From contig JBCNUW010000006.1 of the NCBI GenBank assembly GCA_039630575.1, positions 13,780 through 77,779 on the forward strand: a stretch of 64,000 nucleotides of DNA, read 5' to 3'. Shown here in pieces: positions 38,420-48,464 of this stretch. Position numbers and translations under genes: made by a program. The stretch is from Candidatus Hydrothermales bacterium (GTDB lineage Bacteria > Hydrothermota > Hydrothermia > Hydrothermales > JAJRUZ01). The notes below the pieces were generated by a model. That model saw only the letters and a list, made by a program, of their open reading frames with translations, searched no databases and was not told where the DNA came from. Positions within the stretch are counted from its first letter, which is position 1; each line of letters starts with the position of its first letter.

Positions 38420-39154
38420 TTGAGGTTAAAAATCACTCTTGGAGAAGAAAAAGAATATAAGATGCCTTGGTCTTATAACTATTTTCTTGCTTCTTCAATT
38501 TATTTTTTGTTAAGTAAGTATAGTAAGCGATTTTCTCAAACAGTTCATTCATACGGTTGGAGATATAAAAATAAAAATTTAAAACTCTTTTCTTTTTCAC
38601 CTTTATTTCCTAAAAAAATTTTTTTCGAAAAGGAATACATAATTATGATAGGTCCTTTTGTTTTCATTATATCCTCGCCTGACTCAGTATTTATTGAAAT
38701 TCTCGAAAATGTAATAAAAAAGGAAAAATTTTTAAGAATTTTAAATTACTTTTTACCTGTTTTAAAAACAAATATTTATGAAATTGAAAAGTTAAGTAAC
38801 ACTTTTAGAGTTAGAACATTGTCTCCACTTGTAGTTTCTGAGATTAGGAATGAAGAAGGCAAAAAAGTTACATCCTATTTATCCCCTGATTCTGAAAATT
38901 TTTACAAAAAATTGAAAAATATAATAAAAGAGAAATTTGAGTGTTTTACCGGTGAAGTTCTTTTAAGTAAAGATTTAGAAATATTTTGTGAATCCTATAA
39001 ATCAAAACTTTGTAGGATAAAAAATATAAATATTAAAGGTTATATGGCAGATTTGTATTTAAAAGGAGATGTTCAAGTTTTAAGATTTGTTCTTGAATCA
39101 GGAATAGGAGAAAAAACTTCTATGGGGTTTGGTATGGTGGAAAAATGTAATTGA
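38420..39154 (+). CDS. cas6: CRISPR-associated endoribonuclease Cas6 (solo)
   Basis: TTG start gives MRLKITL; H..GW....KLFSFS, FIISSPD, TLSPLVV, C-terminal G-loop GIGEKTSMGFGMV. The track start at 38381 is inside the tRNA. Confidence 0.92.
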   Translation: MRLKITLGEEKEYKMPWSYNYFLASSIYFLLSKYSKRFSQTVHSYGWRYKNKNLKLFSFSPLFPKKIFFEKEYIIMIGPFVFIISSPDSVFIEILENVIKKEKFLRILNYFLPVLKTNIYEIEKLSNTFRVRTLSPLVVSEIRNEEGKKVTSYLSPDSENFYKKLKNIIKEKFECFTGEVLLSKDLEIFCESYKSKLCRIKNINIKGYMADLYLKGDVQVLRFVLESGIGEKTSMGFGMVEKCN

Positions 39155-39173
39155 TTAGTTTTATAATTCTTTA

Positions 39174-39626
39174 ATGGAAAAAAAGAAAATAATAGCATTT
39201 AGATTATCTCAAAAAGAATTCTCTTTTATAATGGAAAATGTTCTTGAAATTTCAGAACCTAAACCAGTTTTCCCTGTTCCCCTCTCTCCTCCTCACCTAA
39301 AAGGTGTTTTTAATTTAAGAGGAAACATAATTCCACTTTTTGATTTAAAAAAAAGAATAGGTATTGAAGAAAGTGAGGAGTATAAAGAGAAATTTTTTAT
39401 AATTCTTTCACCTGAGCCTAAAAGGGTATATTCCTGTGAAGTTGATATGATTCTTGGAGCCTTTGATTGTGAAGAAATTAGAATTGGAGAATTACCTGAT
39501 ACTTTAAAAAGGGATATAGATAGGTCACTTTTGTCTGGTCAGGCAATAATAGAGAAGAAAAAGTTCTTAATAATAGATCCCAGGAAAATCCCAGGTGAGG
39601 TTCAAATCCAATTTAAATTGCTATAG
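39174..39626 (+). CDS. cheW: Chemotaxis adaptor CheW
   Basis: VPLSPPHLKGVFNLRGNIIPLFDL. Confidence 0.92.
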   Translation: MEKKKIIAFRLSQKEFSFIMENVLEISEPKPVFPVPLSPPHLKGVFNLRGNIIPLFDLKKRIGIEESEEYKEKFFIILSPEPKRVYSCEVDMILGAFDCEEIRIGELPDTLKRDIDRSLLSGQAIIEKKKFLIIDPRKIPGEVQIQFKLL

Positions 39627-39630
39627 TTAA

Positions 39631-39999
39631 ATGAATCCAAGAGTTTTGATAGTTGATGATGCTCAATTCATGAGAAAACTTCTTGCAGATATTTTAAAAA
39701 AAGGCGGCTATGAAATATGTGGTGAGGCATCAAACGGAGAAGAAGCTGTGAGGCTTTATAAAGAATTAAAACCTGATGTTGTTACAATGGATATTGTTAT
39801 GCCTGACAAAAGTGGAATAGATGCAGTAAGAGAGATAATCTCCCTTGATCCACATGCTAAGATAATTATGGTTTCAGCAATGGGACAGCAACCACTTGTT
39901 TTAGAAGCAATACAGGCTGGAGCAAAAGATTACATTGTAAAGCCCTTTCAACCTTCAAGGGTTCTAGAAGCAGTAGAAAGAGTTATAAAGTCAAGATGA
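39631..39999 (+). CDS. cheY: Single-domain response regulator CheY
   Basis: VDDAQFMR, DIVMPD, VSAMGQ, KPF. Confidence 0.93.
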   Translation: MNPRVLIVDDAQFMRKLLADILKKGGYEICGEASNGEEAVRLYKELKPDVVTMDIVMPDKSGIDAVREIISLDPHAKIIMVSAMGQQPLVLEAIQAGAKDYIVKPFQPSRVLEAVERVIKSR

Positions 40000-41786
40000 T
40001 TGATAATAAGTATATCGAACTTTTTAAAAGTGAAGCTGAGGAAATTATAAACAATTTAGAGAAAGCCATACTTGAACTTGAGAAAAAAGGTTGGACACAG
40101 GGACTAATCAATGAGATTTTTAGATATGCCCATACCCTAAAAGGTATGGCAGCAGCTGTTGAGAGAAAAGATATAGAGGAGTTCTGTCATAACCTTGAAG
40201 ATGAGTTTGATGAGTTAAGAAAAGGTGAAAAGAAAGATTTAGATTTTGACTTTCTTTTTAAAGCAGTAGATTCCTTAAAGGTAATGTTAAAAGAAGAAAA
40301 AAGAATAACTATTGAAGAACTAAAATCCTTCAAAGAGATTGAAAGTTTTAAAAAAATCTACGAAATAGAAATATACCTTGATCCAGAAACACAATTTTTT
40401 GCTGCCAGAATGTTAGTTATTCTTAAAACTATTAAAGAGAAATTTGATCTCATCTCCTCAGAGCCGCGAGAAGAGGACATATTAAAGGGAGAAGTTGAGA
40501 ACGTTCTAAAAGTAGTTATTAAAACAGATAAGGATGAAAAAAAGATAAATGAGATTCTTGAGAGTTTTGTAGACATTGAACATTACTTTTTAAGAGAAAG
40601 AAAAGAATTTGAAAGAGAAGAAAAGGAAATTGAAATTAAGCCCCTTGAAGAGATAAGGGTTAGGTCTGAAAAACTTGATAGGTTAATAGATACACTTGGA
40701 GAGTTAGTTATTGAAAAGGAGAGGCTTTTTTCTAAATTAAAGGAAAGAAAAGAAAGAGAGCTTGAGGATTCCATGGAAAACCTTGAGAGACTTATTTCCT
40801 ATCTTCAGGACGAGGTAATGTCAATTCGTCTAATTCCTGCAATACAAATTCTTGAGAGATTTAAAAGATTTGTTAGGGATAAAGCAAAGGAGATGGGGAA
40901 GGAAGTAGAACTTGTTATTGAAGGCGGAAATATTGAGCTAGATAGGGTTTTACTGGAGGAGATGAGAGAACCTCTTTTACACATAATAAGAAACTCAATT
41001 GATCATGGTGTAGAGTTTCCTAAGGAGAGAATCAGTCAGGGAAAGCCATCTAAAGGCAAAATATTAATAAGACTTGAGAGAGAAAAAAATTCTGTTACAA
41101 TTTTTGTTATGGATGATGGAAAAGGTATAGATAAAAGAAGCGTTTTGAAGAAGGCAGTTGAAAGAGGATTGATTTCTGAAGAAAGGGCTAAAGCTTTAAC
41201 AGAGAAGGAAATTTTTGAACTTATAACTATCCCTGGATTTTCAACAAAGGAGGATACTACAACAATCTCAGGAAGGGGGGTTGGACTTGATATTGTTAAA
41301 CAGTTTGTAACCAAAATGGGTGGTTTTTTTGAGATAGATAGTAAGTTTACAAAAGGAACCACAATAAAGCTTAGGTTGCCTCTTTCTCTGGCTATTACAA
41401 AGGGTGTTGTTGTTAGCGTGGCTGGACACAGATTTGTTATTCCATTAATTTTTATCCATGAAATTATAGAGGGTAAAATTGATGATATAAAAAAGATGAT
41501 GGGGAAAGATTATATGTTGGTAAGAGAGGAGGTTCTTCCCTGTATATGGATGAGTAAAAAGCTAAATTTAGATAGTAAAAAAAATGAGAGGTTTTCTGCT
41601 CTTTTGATAGAAAGTGATAGAAAGAGAGCTCTTCTTTTGGTTGATAAGGTTTTGACTCAGATGGATGTTGTGGTTAAGCCTCTTGATATATACTTAATGA
41701 GAATTCCCTATGTTTCGGGAGGCACAATCCTTTGGGATGGAACAGTGGCAATTATAATTGATCCCTCAAAATTTTTGGAGAGTTAA
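39996..41786 (+). CDS. cheA: Chemotaxis histidine kinase CheA
   Basis: Hpt FRYAHTLKG, P2, dimerization LD.L...GELV, HIIRNSIDHG, SGRGVGLD, C-terminal CheW-like domain. Confidence 0.96.
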   Translation: MIDNKYIELFKSEAEEIINNLEKAILELEKKGWTQGLINEIFRYAHTLKGMAAAVERKDIEEFCHNLEDEFDELRKGEKKDLDFDFLFKAVDSLKVMLKEEKRITIEELKSFKEIESFKKIYEIEIYLDPETQFFAARMLVILKTIKEKFDLISSEPREEDILKGEVENVLKVVIKTDKDEKKINEILESFVDIEHYFLRERKEFEREEKEIEIKPLEEIRVRSEKLDRLIDTLGELVIEKERLFSKLKERKERELEDSMENLERLISYLQDEVMSIRLIPAIQILERFKRFVRDKAKEMGKEVELVIEGGNIELDRVLLEEMREPLLHIIRNSIDHGVEFPKERISQGKPSKGKILIRLEREKNSVTIFVMDDGKGIDKRSVLKKAVERGLISEERAKALTEKEIFELITIPGFSTKEDTTTISGRGVGLDIVKQFVTKMGGFFEIDSKFTKGTTIKLRLPLSLAITKGVVVSVAGHRFVIPLIFIHEIIEGKIDDIKKMMGKDYMLVREEVLPCIWMSKKLNLDSKKNERFSALLIESDRKRALLLVDKVLTQMDVVVKPLDIYLMRIPYVSGGTILWDGTVAIIIDPSKFLES

Positions 41787-41787
41787 A

Positions 41788-42396
41788 ATGGAAAAAGATG
41801 AAATTTTTGGAATAGATGGATTAAGAGAAGTTGCAAATATAGGTTGTGGACATGCAGCCACAGCCCTTTCAGGACTCATAAATAGAAAGGTACTTATGAC
41901 TGTTCCTGAGGTGTTAATTGGTAAAATTGAGGACATTTTCAAGAAGGTAGTAGATAGGGAGGATGAAGATGCAGTGGGTATCCTTTTATACTTCATTGGT
42001 GATCTCACTGGTCTTACCTTGCTACTGCTCTCTAAAAATGAAGCTCTCACATTACTTTCTATTTTAATCGGTGAAAAAATTACAGAAATAAAAGAACATG
42101 AAGAGTCTGCTTTAAAAGAGGTAGGTAATATAATAACAGGTGCTTATATGACTGCACTTTCAGATTTCTTAGGACTTTTGGCTTTACCAACAGTTCCATT
42201 TTTAAAGAACGATAATGTAAAAGTGATAATTTTAGATGCCTTTCTCCAAATAGAGGCTGAGAAGGGTTTTGCACTTTGTATTAAATCTGTTTTAAAAATT
42301 GAAAATGGAATAGAGGTGAAGGCGACCTTTTTCTTTTTACCTGATGAGCATGCAATTGGTACGATTCAAGAAAAATTAAAATCTTTTTTTGAATGA
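41788..42396 (+). CDS. cheC: CheY-P phosphatase CheC
   Basis: Two sites, DGLREVANIG and SALKEVGNI. ATG 41788 preceded by GGAG is preferred over 41758. Confidence 0.93.
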   Translation: MEKDEIFGIDGLREVANIGCGHAATALSGLINRKVLMTVPEVLIGKIEDIFKKVVDREDEDAVGILLYFIGDLTGLTLLLLSKNEALTLLSILIGEKITEIKEHEESALKEVGNIITGAYMTALSDFLGLLALPTVPFLKNDNVKVIILDAFLQIEAEKGFALCIKSVLKIENGIEVKATFFFLPDEHAIGTIQEKLKSFFE

Positions 42397-44819
42397 GATT
42401 ACCAACTCAAGAGGAAATTAAAATCTTAAAATCCTTTGCCAGCAGAATTGATCCAAATGATCCAGCTGCTCACAACAATTTGGCTGTTGTATATTTTAAT
42501 AGAGGTTTATTTGATGAGGCAATCAGTGAGCTTAAAAGAGCACTTGATATTGATCCAGATTTTAATATTGCAAGGATTAACCTTGAGATAATTTTAAAAA
42601 AGACTAAAAAGAAAGAAGATTTACTTGAAAGATATTACAGAATTGTTGAAAAAAATCCAGATGATATTAATTCGAGGTTGGAATTTGCAAAAACTTTATA
42701 TCAACTTGGTAAATATAATAGTTCACTAAGAGAATACAGGGAGGTGCTTCTAAGAGACTCTGTAAACAAGGAAGCTCTAAAGGGAATAATAAAGAGTTAT
42801 AAAAAAATGGGGAAATTTCAAGAAGCAATAGCTGCAATTAGGAGAGCTCAAAAAATTTTACCTGATGATATTGAAATTAGTTTAGATCTCGGAGAGGTCT
42901 TATATAATCAGGGTAACTATGATGCAGCTATAAAGGTTCTTAAGGAGATAATTTCAAAGTATCCGCAAAATGCAAAGGCTCACTTATTTTTATCCTTTGC
43001 CTACGGTGAAAAAGGGTATTTGGAGGAGGCACTAGAAGAAGCAATAAAGGCTAAAGAACTTGATCCAAGAATTTCAAAAATTCAGGGGGCTCTTGGAATT
43101 GAAGAAGAGGCACCCTCTATTGAAGAAATGCTTCAGGAATCTATAGGTATTTCAGAAATAAAAGCAGATCCCTTTGAATCAAAGTTACATCTTCTTGAAG
43201 CATATAAGAATAAGTTCTTTCTTAGGGAGGCAAGAAACATTCTTGAGGAGCTTAAAAAGATAGATGAAAGTAGGCCAGAGTTAAAGAAGATTGAAGCTGA
43301 AATATTAATGATGGAGGAAAAATGGGACAGTGCCATAAGTCTAATAGAAACAATTAAAGAAAGAGATTTTCACACCTGGAATATGTATGCTATTTCACTT
43401 TCAAGGAAGGGAGAAACGGAAAAGGCTCGCAAAATTTTTGAAGGTATAAAGAATTATCCCTATGCTTTAAACAATTTAGGATGTCTTATGGCAAATGATG
43501 ACAGAGAAAAAGCTAAGGAATACTTTTTAAAAGCCTCTCAGATTGAACCAGGATTTATAGTACCCCTTTACAACCTTTCGCTTATTGCAATTGAAGAAAA
43601 TGATTTAGAGAGGGCATTAAATTACTTGAAAGAAATAAATGAAATAGAAAAGGAAAATCCCTTTTATTTAACACTATATGCAAAAATTCTAAAAGAAAGA
43701 GGAAACACAGAAAAAGCTGTTGAGCTTTTAAAGGAAGCTTTAAGAATTCAACCTGATTTTTCTTACGCGGCTACACTACTTGCAGAGTTTTCTGGAGAAG
43801 AAACTGTAGTAAAGGTTGACGAGAAGAAATTCCATGTTTTTCAGTATCTATTTTCAATAGAGGGCTCTCCCAGACCTATTGAGTCAAGATTTTTTCCATA
43901 CAAAAAGATCATTGAATTTGAAGGAGACAAAACTCTTGAGTTAAAGAAGGTGAGAATTTTAATTAAAAACAGAGATTTTGAGGAAGCCCTTAAAATTCTT
44001 ATTCCTCTTAATAAAAAATATCCAGATGATAATGAAATAAATTATTTGATTGCCTTAACCTATGAGAACTTATCACTTTATGAGAATGCTGAACAGTATT
44101 ATTTAAGGCTCTTAAGAGAAAAGGAAGATGATAAAATTAGACTACATCTTGCCCATGTTTTTTTTAGAACAAAAAGGTATGAGAAAGCTGAAGAAGAGGT
44201 TGATAAAATTTTGTCAAAAAATAAAGAATACGTTGATGTATTACTTTTAAAAGCAAAAATTAAAGATAGAAAGGGTGAGATAGAGGTAGCGTTAAATATT
44301 CTTAATGGAGTTTTAAAGAGATTTAAACCTAACTTAAAGATAATCATGTGGTTTGCTGAACTACTCGAAAAGATGGGAAGATATGAAGAAGCAAGAAGGG
44401 AATATGAGAAAATTATTAAGGAGGATAGTAATAATAAAGAAGCCCTTTATTCTTATGCTTTCTGTTCTTTAAAATTAAAAAGAGAAGATGAATTTAAAGA
44501 TGCTCTTTCGAAGTTAAAAGCTAAAGGATTTAACAAACATGCAAATCTTTTAGAAGCTATTGAGTTAACAGTAAAGGGTAAATATAAAGAGGCTATAGAA
44601 CTTTTTAAAAGTTGTGAAAGAGATTTATTTCTAAAAGAAGAGCTTCATTTTTATCAAGGTGTATGTTACGCACTTATAGGAAAATATGCGAAAGCAATTG
44701 AGGCATGGTCAAAACTTATCAAACTCTCTGAAAATTCTCCCTTGGCAAAAAAGGCAAAGGAATATTCAAGCTTAGCTTTAAAATGGTTAAAAATGCTCGA
44801 AAGGGAGGTTAAACCTTAA
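42393..44819 (+). CDS. Large tetratricopeptide-repeat protein
   Basis: AHNNLAVVY, ALNNLG and many 34-aa TPR units; ATGA overlap with cheC. Confidence 0.9.
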   Translation: MRLPTQEEIKILKSFASRIDPNDPAAHNNLAVVYFNRGLFDEAISELKRALDIDPDFNIARINLEIILKKTKKKEDLLERYYRIVEKNPDDINSRLEFAKTLYQLGKYNSSLREYREVLLRDSVNKEALKGIIKSYKKMGKFQEAIAAIRRAQKILPDDIEISLDLGEVLYNQGNYDAAIKVLKEIISKYPQNAKAHLFLSFAYGEKGYLEEALEEAIKAKELDPRISKIQGALGIEEEAPSIEEMLQESIGISEIKADPFESKLHLLEAYKNKFFLREARNILEELKKIDESRPELKKIEAEILMMEEKWDSAISLIETIKERDFHTWNMYAISLSRKGETEKARKIFEGIKNYPYALNNLGCLMANDDREKAKEYFLKASQIEPGFIVPLYNLSLIAIEENDLERALNYLKEINEIEKENPFYLTLYAKILKERGNTEKAVELLKEALRIQPDFSYAATLLAEFSGEETVVKVDEKKFHVFQYLFSIEGSPRPIESRFFPYKKIIEFEGDKTLELKKVRILIKNRDFEEALKILIPLNKKYPDDNEINYLIALTYENLSLYENAEQYYLRLLREKEDDKIRLHLAHVFFRTKRYEKAEEEVDKILSKNKEYVDVLLLKAKIKDRKGEIEVALNILNGVLKRFKPNLKIIMWFAELLEKMGRYEEARREYEKIIKEDSNNKEALYSYAFCSLKLKREDEFKDALSKLKAKGFNKHANLLEAIELTVKGKYKEAIELFKSCERDLFLKEELHFYQGVCYALIGKYAKAIEAWSKLIKLSENSPLAKKAKEYSSLALKWLKMLEREVKP

Positions 44820-44820
44820 G

Positions 44821-45945
44821 ATGCCAATTGAAGGTAAACTTGAAGAACTTTCCTTAGTCGACTTTTTGCAGATTCTTGCTTTAAATAGAAAAACGGGAAA
44901 AATTAAAATAGAAAATGAATTAAAAAAAGAAAAAAATAGTGCCGAGATAATAATTAAAAAAGGTAACTTGCAGCTTATTACTATTTTGGGAGATGACCTT
45001 TTATATACAAGGGTTAAACAAGCAGGTCTTTTAAAAGAGTTAAAAGAGGATTTAAAGTTCAATGAGAGAGAAATCCTGATTTTGGTCAACGAGAAAAGCA
45101 AGGATATTTCTATAATTCAGAAAATTCTAAGAACTGTTAATGAAACGAGAATGTTTGAAATTCTCTCATGGAAGGTAGGTATGTTTAGGTTCGAAGAATT
45201 AAAGAATGAAAAGGAAGTATTACCCGATGTTTACTCCTTTGATATACAGGATCTTTTACTTGAGAGCTCAAGAAGATTAGACGAATGGGAGGAGATTTCA
45301 AAAAAGATACCGTCATATTCTCTTATACCAGTTTTGTCAAATAAGTGGTTAAATAAAGATTTTTTTTCTCTTGATCTCTCGCCTCTTGAATGGAAAATTC
45401 TGTCACTAATAGATTCGAAAAGAAAAATTGAGGATATATTGGAGGAATTTAAACTACCTTCAATTGAGGTTGCCAAGGAGATCATAAAACTCCATGAAAG
45501 AGGAATTATAGAATTTAAAGAGATGGATAAGGCTTTTGAAGAAAGGACAAAAAGTGAAGCTGAGGAATTATTCTTAAAAGCAAGGGAAATGTTAAAAAGA
45601 GGAAAATACCTTGAAGCTGAAGTTTTTCTTACAAAATCTTTGTCCCTTTATCCTGATTTTATAATGGCTCATCTACTTCTTGCAGATCTTTACTATTTTC
45701 AGAAAAATTATAGACTGGCTTCTCAGGAATATTATCAAGTAATAAGAAGGGATCCTCAGAATCCTCTTGGTTATTACGGTATGGGTTTTGTAAGAATTAA
45801 ACTCGGAGACCTGCAGGGTGCTTTAAAAGCTTGGGAAAAAGCTTATGAGTATGCAAGTGGTGATTTAAAAGGAAAAATAGAAAGACTTATTTCCCTTTTA
45901 AGAACTCTTTTGATTGAAATTGATACAAAGAAAGCACTTATATGA
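44821..45945 (+). CDS. DUF4388 (PATAN-like) domain plus TPR protein
   Basis: EGKLEELSLVDFLQILALNRKTG; LSWKVGMFRF; LLLESSRRLDEW; LSPLEWKILSLID; C-terminal TPRs. Confidence 0.88.
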   Translation: MPIEGKLEELSLVDFLQILALNRKTGKIKIENELKKEKNSAEIIIKKGNLQLITILGDDLLYTRVKQAGLLKELKEDLKFNEREILILVNEKSKDISIIQKILRTVNETRMFEILSWKVGMFRFEELKNEKEVLPDVYSFDIQDLLLESSRRLDEWEEISKKIPSYSLIPVLSNKWLNKDFFSLDLSPLEWKILSLIDSKRKIEDILEEFKLPSIEVAKEIIKLHERGIIEFKEMDKAFEERTKSEAEELFLKAREMLKRGKYLEAEVFLTKSLSLYPDFIMAHLLLADLYYFQKNYRLASQEYYQVIRRDPQNPLGYYGMGFVRIKLGDLQGALKAWEKAYEYASGDLKGKIERLISLLRTLLIEIDTKKALI

Positions 45946-46517
45946 AGGAAGAAAAACTTTTCTATGATCCAAGATCGAGTCTTCTTCTTGAGCTTGTTGA
46001 GGAATATATCGATCATAATTTGATAGTTGAAGCAGAAACCCTTTTGAAAGATTACCTAAGGTCAAGTCCTTTATCAGAAAAAGCCCTTTTGTTGTGGATA
46101 AAGATAGCAGAAATTCAAAAGGATGAAAAAAAAGAAATTTATTTGAGGGAAAAATTGAGAGAGATCAGAGAAAAAAAAGGTGAGAAAGCAGATTTAAAGG
46201 ATATAAAAATATCAGAAAAGACAGAAACTCCAAAGTTAGAGGAAAGAGAGGCTGAAGAGAGATTTTTAGAGTTTCTCAAAGGGATTGAAGAACTTGAAAG
46301 GGTTGAGAAAAATGAGGAACTTTTGTTTTTTGTCAATTTATTAGATACATATTTAAAAAAATGGGGAATCGGTGAGCCACTTGAAATTATTATAGAATCA
46401 GAGCTGCCAGAGATTGGTTTTAAAACTAATAACGATTGGAAATTTCTACTTTTTAAAAAAAATACAGATTTTGTTACTTTAAGATGGGTTATTAAAAAGT
46501 TAAGATGGAAGGAATAA
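45942..46517 (+). CDS. Hypothetical protein: N-terminal TPR-like segment, possible degenerate roadblock C-terminus
   Basis: DPRSSLLLELVEEY helical start; C-terminal GEPLEIIIES...KNTDFVTLRW; coupled to both neighbours. Confidence 0.55.
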   Translation: MKEEKLFYDPRSSLLLELVEEYIDHNLIVEAETLLKDYLRSSPLSEKALLLWIKIAEIQKDEKKEIYLREKLREIREKKGEKADLKDIKISEKTETPKLEEREAEERFLEFLKGIEELERVEKNEELLFFVNLLDTYLKKWGIGEPLEIIIESELPEIGFKTNNDWKFLLFKKNTDFVTLRWVIKKLRWKE

Positions 46518-46843
46518 CCAAAGGGAAAAAGGGGTTCTATTATCTTAGAGAGATGTTAAAAAACCCTGATGTTTATGGAGTGATTGTGACTGATGAAAAT
46601 GGCGATTCTGTATTTGAGGAAATTACCTTTAATATATCACCTGCTGATAGAAAAGAAATTATAAATTTTTTTAAAAATTATAACAGAGATAAAAGAACAA
46701 TACTTTATGTTTTTACAAAAGATAAATTAGTTATCTTTTCGAAGAATCCCCCGAAATTTAAAGGTTTTCTTATTACATTTGCAAGAAAAAGTGTAAATCT
46801 TGGTCTTTTGAGAATTTATCATCAGAGATTTATAGATCTTTAA
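46505..46843 (+). CDS. Roadblock/LC7 (MglB-like) domain protein, divergent
   Basis: L..MLKNPDVYGVIVTDENG N-terminus and ARKSVNLGLLR C-terminal motif. Confidence 0.65.
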   Translation: MEGITKGKKGFYYLREMLKNPDVYGVIVTDENGDSVFEEITFNISPADRKEIINFFKNYNRDKRTILYVFTKDKLVIFSKNPPKFKGFLITFARKSVNLGLLRIYHQRFIDL

Positions 46844-46846
46844 GTT

Positions 46847-47494
46847 TTGAAAGTTAAAAGGTTTTCTTCATTATATTCTGTTTTTTATGTTGTGGAATAT
46901 AGAGGAAGAAAGATTCTTATAGATTGTGGTTCACCTTTTGACAGAAGTAAATTTATAAATGAGGTTAAAAATGTTGATTATATCTTTATAACTCATGGGC
47001 ACTGGGATCACATTGGAAATGCATTTTTTCTACAAAAAAGAAATGCCAAAGTTTTTATTCATGAAAAAGATTTTCTCTTGATTAAAAATAAAATTATTCA
47101 TATACCGTCTCCAAGAGGTAATTTTTACTCTTATTGCCTTTACTATACTTTAAATTTTTTAAAAAAATTTGCAAAGATTGAGTTTTTTGAAAAAGATAAT
47201 TTGAATAGTGTAGAGGGATTAGAGATAATTGAGACTCCAGGTCATACCTATGGATCTTGTACTTTTAAGATAAGAAATAATTATTTTATAGGTGATATTC
47301 TAATAGGTCCTAATCCATTTATAAAAAGACCAAGACTTTCTTTTTTAGTTGAAGATAGAAGTGTTTTAAAGAAAACTCTTGAACTTCTTTTTGAGTTCGA
47401 GGGAAAATTTTATCCAGGACATGGTAAAGTTTTTTCTTCTCTTGATTTAAAGAAAGCAAAAGATTTTATATGGAAGGATTTAAAGAGGAAATAG
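46847..47494 (+). CDS. MBL-fold metallo-hydrolase
   Basis: LIDCG, THGHWDHIG, TPGHT, GD, PGHG. Confidence 0.93.
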   Translation: MKVKRFSSLYSVFYVVEYRGRKILIDCGSPFDRSKFINEVKNVDYIFITHGHWDHIGNAFFLQKRNAKVFIHEKDFLLIKNKIIHIPSPRGNFYSYCLYYTLNFLKKFAKIEFFEKDNLNSVEGLEIIETPGHTYGSCTFKIRNNYFIGDILIGPNPFIKRPRLSFLVEDRSVLKKTLELLFEFEGKFYPGHGKVFSSLDLKKAKDFIWKDLKRK

Positions 47495-48450
47495 TTTCTT
47501 TTAAGGAATTTATGAGAAAAGCTCTTTATGGAGAAAATGGCTATTACACAAAAAAAATGACAATAAACCTTGATTTCGTAACACCTTCAAATTTTTCTTT
47601 ACCTCTTTCTATAGCACTTAAAAGCTTTATTCAGGAAAAAAGTCAAGGTTTATTATCATATGAAGTTTTAGAAATAGGTGGTGGTGAAGGAATTTTTTGT
47701 GAGAATTTTCTAAGGGTTAATAAAGTTTCCAGATATTTTTTTGTCGAGCCTTCATTCTCGCGAATGGAGCTAGCAAAGAAAAGGCTGAATAATTTTCAAG
47801 AAGTTGTTTTTTTAAATTCTCTTGATGAGATAAAAGAGTTTGTGGGTTTTATAATTCTTATAGAAGTTTTTGATGCTTTTCCATTTAGAAGGCTTTTTAA
47901 AAAAGGTAACAAATTTTATGAAATAATGGTTAATTTAAAGACCAAGAAAGAAACTTTTAAAAAATTTGAGGATGATTTTTTGAATTTTTTTTTAGATGAT
48001 ATTACAGAAGATTCTATTTTTGAATATTCTGAGGATATTATAGATTTTTTAAAAAATTTAAAAGATAAATTAAAAAATGCTTATATAATATTGATAGACT
48101 ATGCGGAGAATTTGAAAGATATATTAAGAAAAAAAAGAGGTACAGCGAGAGCATTCAAAGAGCATAATGTTTTTGATGACTTATACACCCAAGAGGGGAA
48201 AAAAGATATAACAAGAACTTTAAATATAGAATTTTTGAAAAAAAAGTTTGAAATAACAGGTTATAGCTTCATAGAATTAAAAAAGTTAAGTGATTTCATA
48301 AAGGATTACCTTTTTGATATATTGGATTATGAAAAAACATTAGGAATAAGGGATAAAGTAAAGCTAATAAGCCAACTAAATTACCTTGTCAATCCTGAAG
48401 GTATGGGAGAAATCTTTAAAGTTTTTGTATTTAAAGGTTCGAATCCTTAA
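47470..48450 (+). CDS. SAM-dependent methyltransferase, MidA/NDUFAF7 family
   Basis: FMRKALY...GYY, DFVT, EIGGGEG, EVFDAFP, IDY, DIT, PEGMGEIFKV. Confidence 0.85.
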   Translation: MEGFKEEIVSFKEFMRKALYGENGYYTKKMTINLDFVTPSNFSLPLSIALKSFIQEKSQGLLSYEVLEIGGGEGIFCENFLRVNKVSRYFFVEPSFSRMELAKKRLNNFQEVVFLNSLDEIKEFVGFIILIEVFDAFPFRRLFKKGNKFYEIMVNLKTKKETFKKFEDDFLNFFLDDITEDSIFEYSEDIIDFLKNLKDKLKNAYIILIDYAENLKDILRKKRGTARAFKEHNVFDDLYTQEGKKDITRTLNIEFLKKKFEITGYSFIELKKLSDFIKDYLFDILDYEKTLGIRDKVKLISQLNYLVNPEGMGEIFKVFVFKGSNP

Positions 48451-48464
48451 TTTTTTTCTTTAAG

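Noticed and set aside
38200..39200. Searched for a CRISPR array, leader or attachment-site duplication around cas6 and tRNA-Arg
   Set aside because: No regularly spaced repeats and no duplicated tRNA 3' end or integrase were seen by eye in the window.
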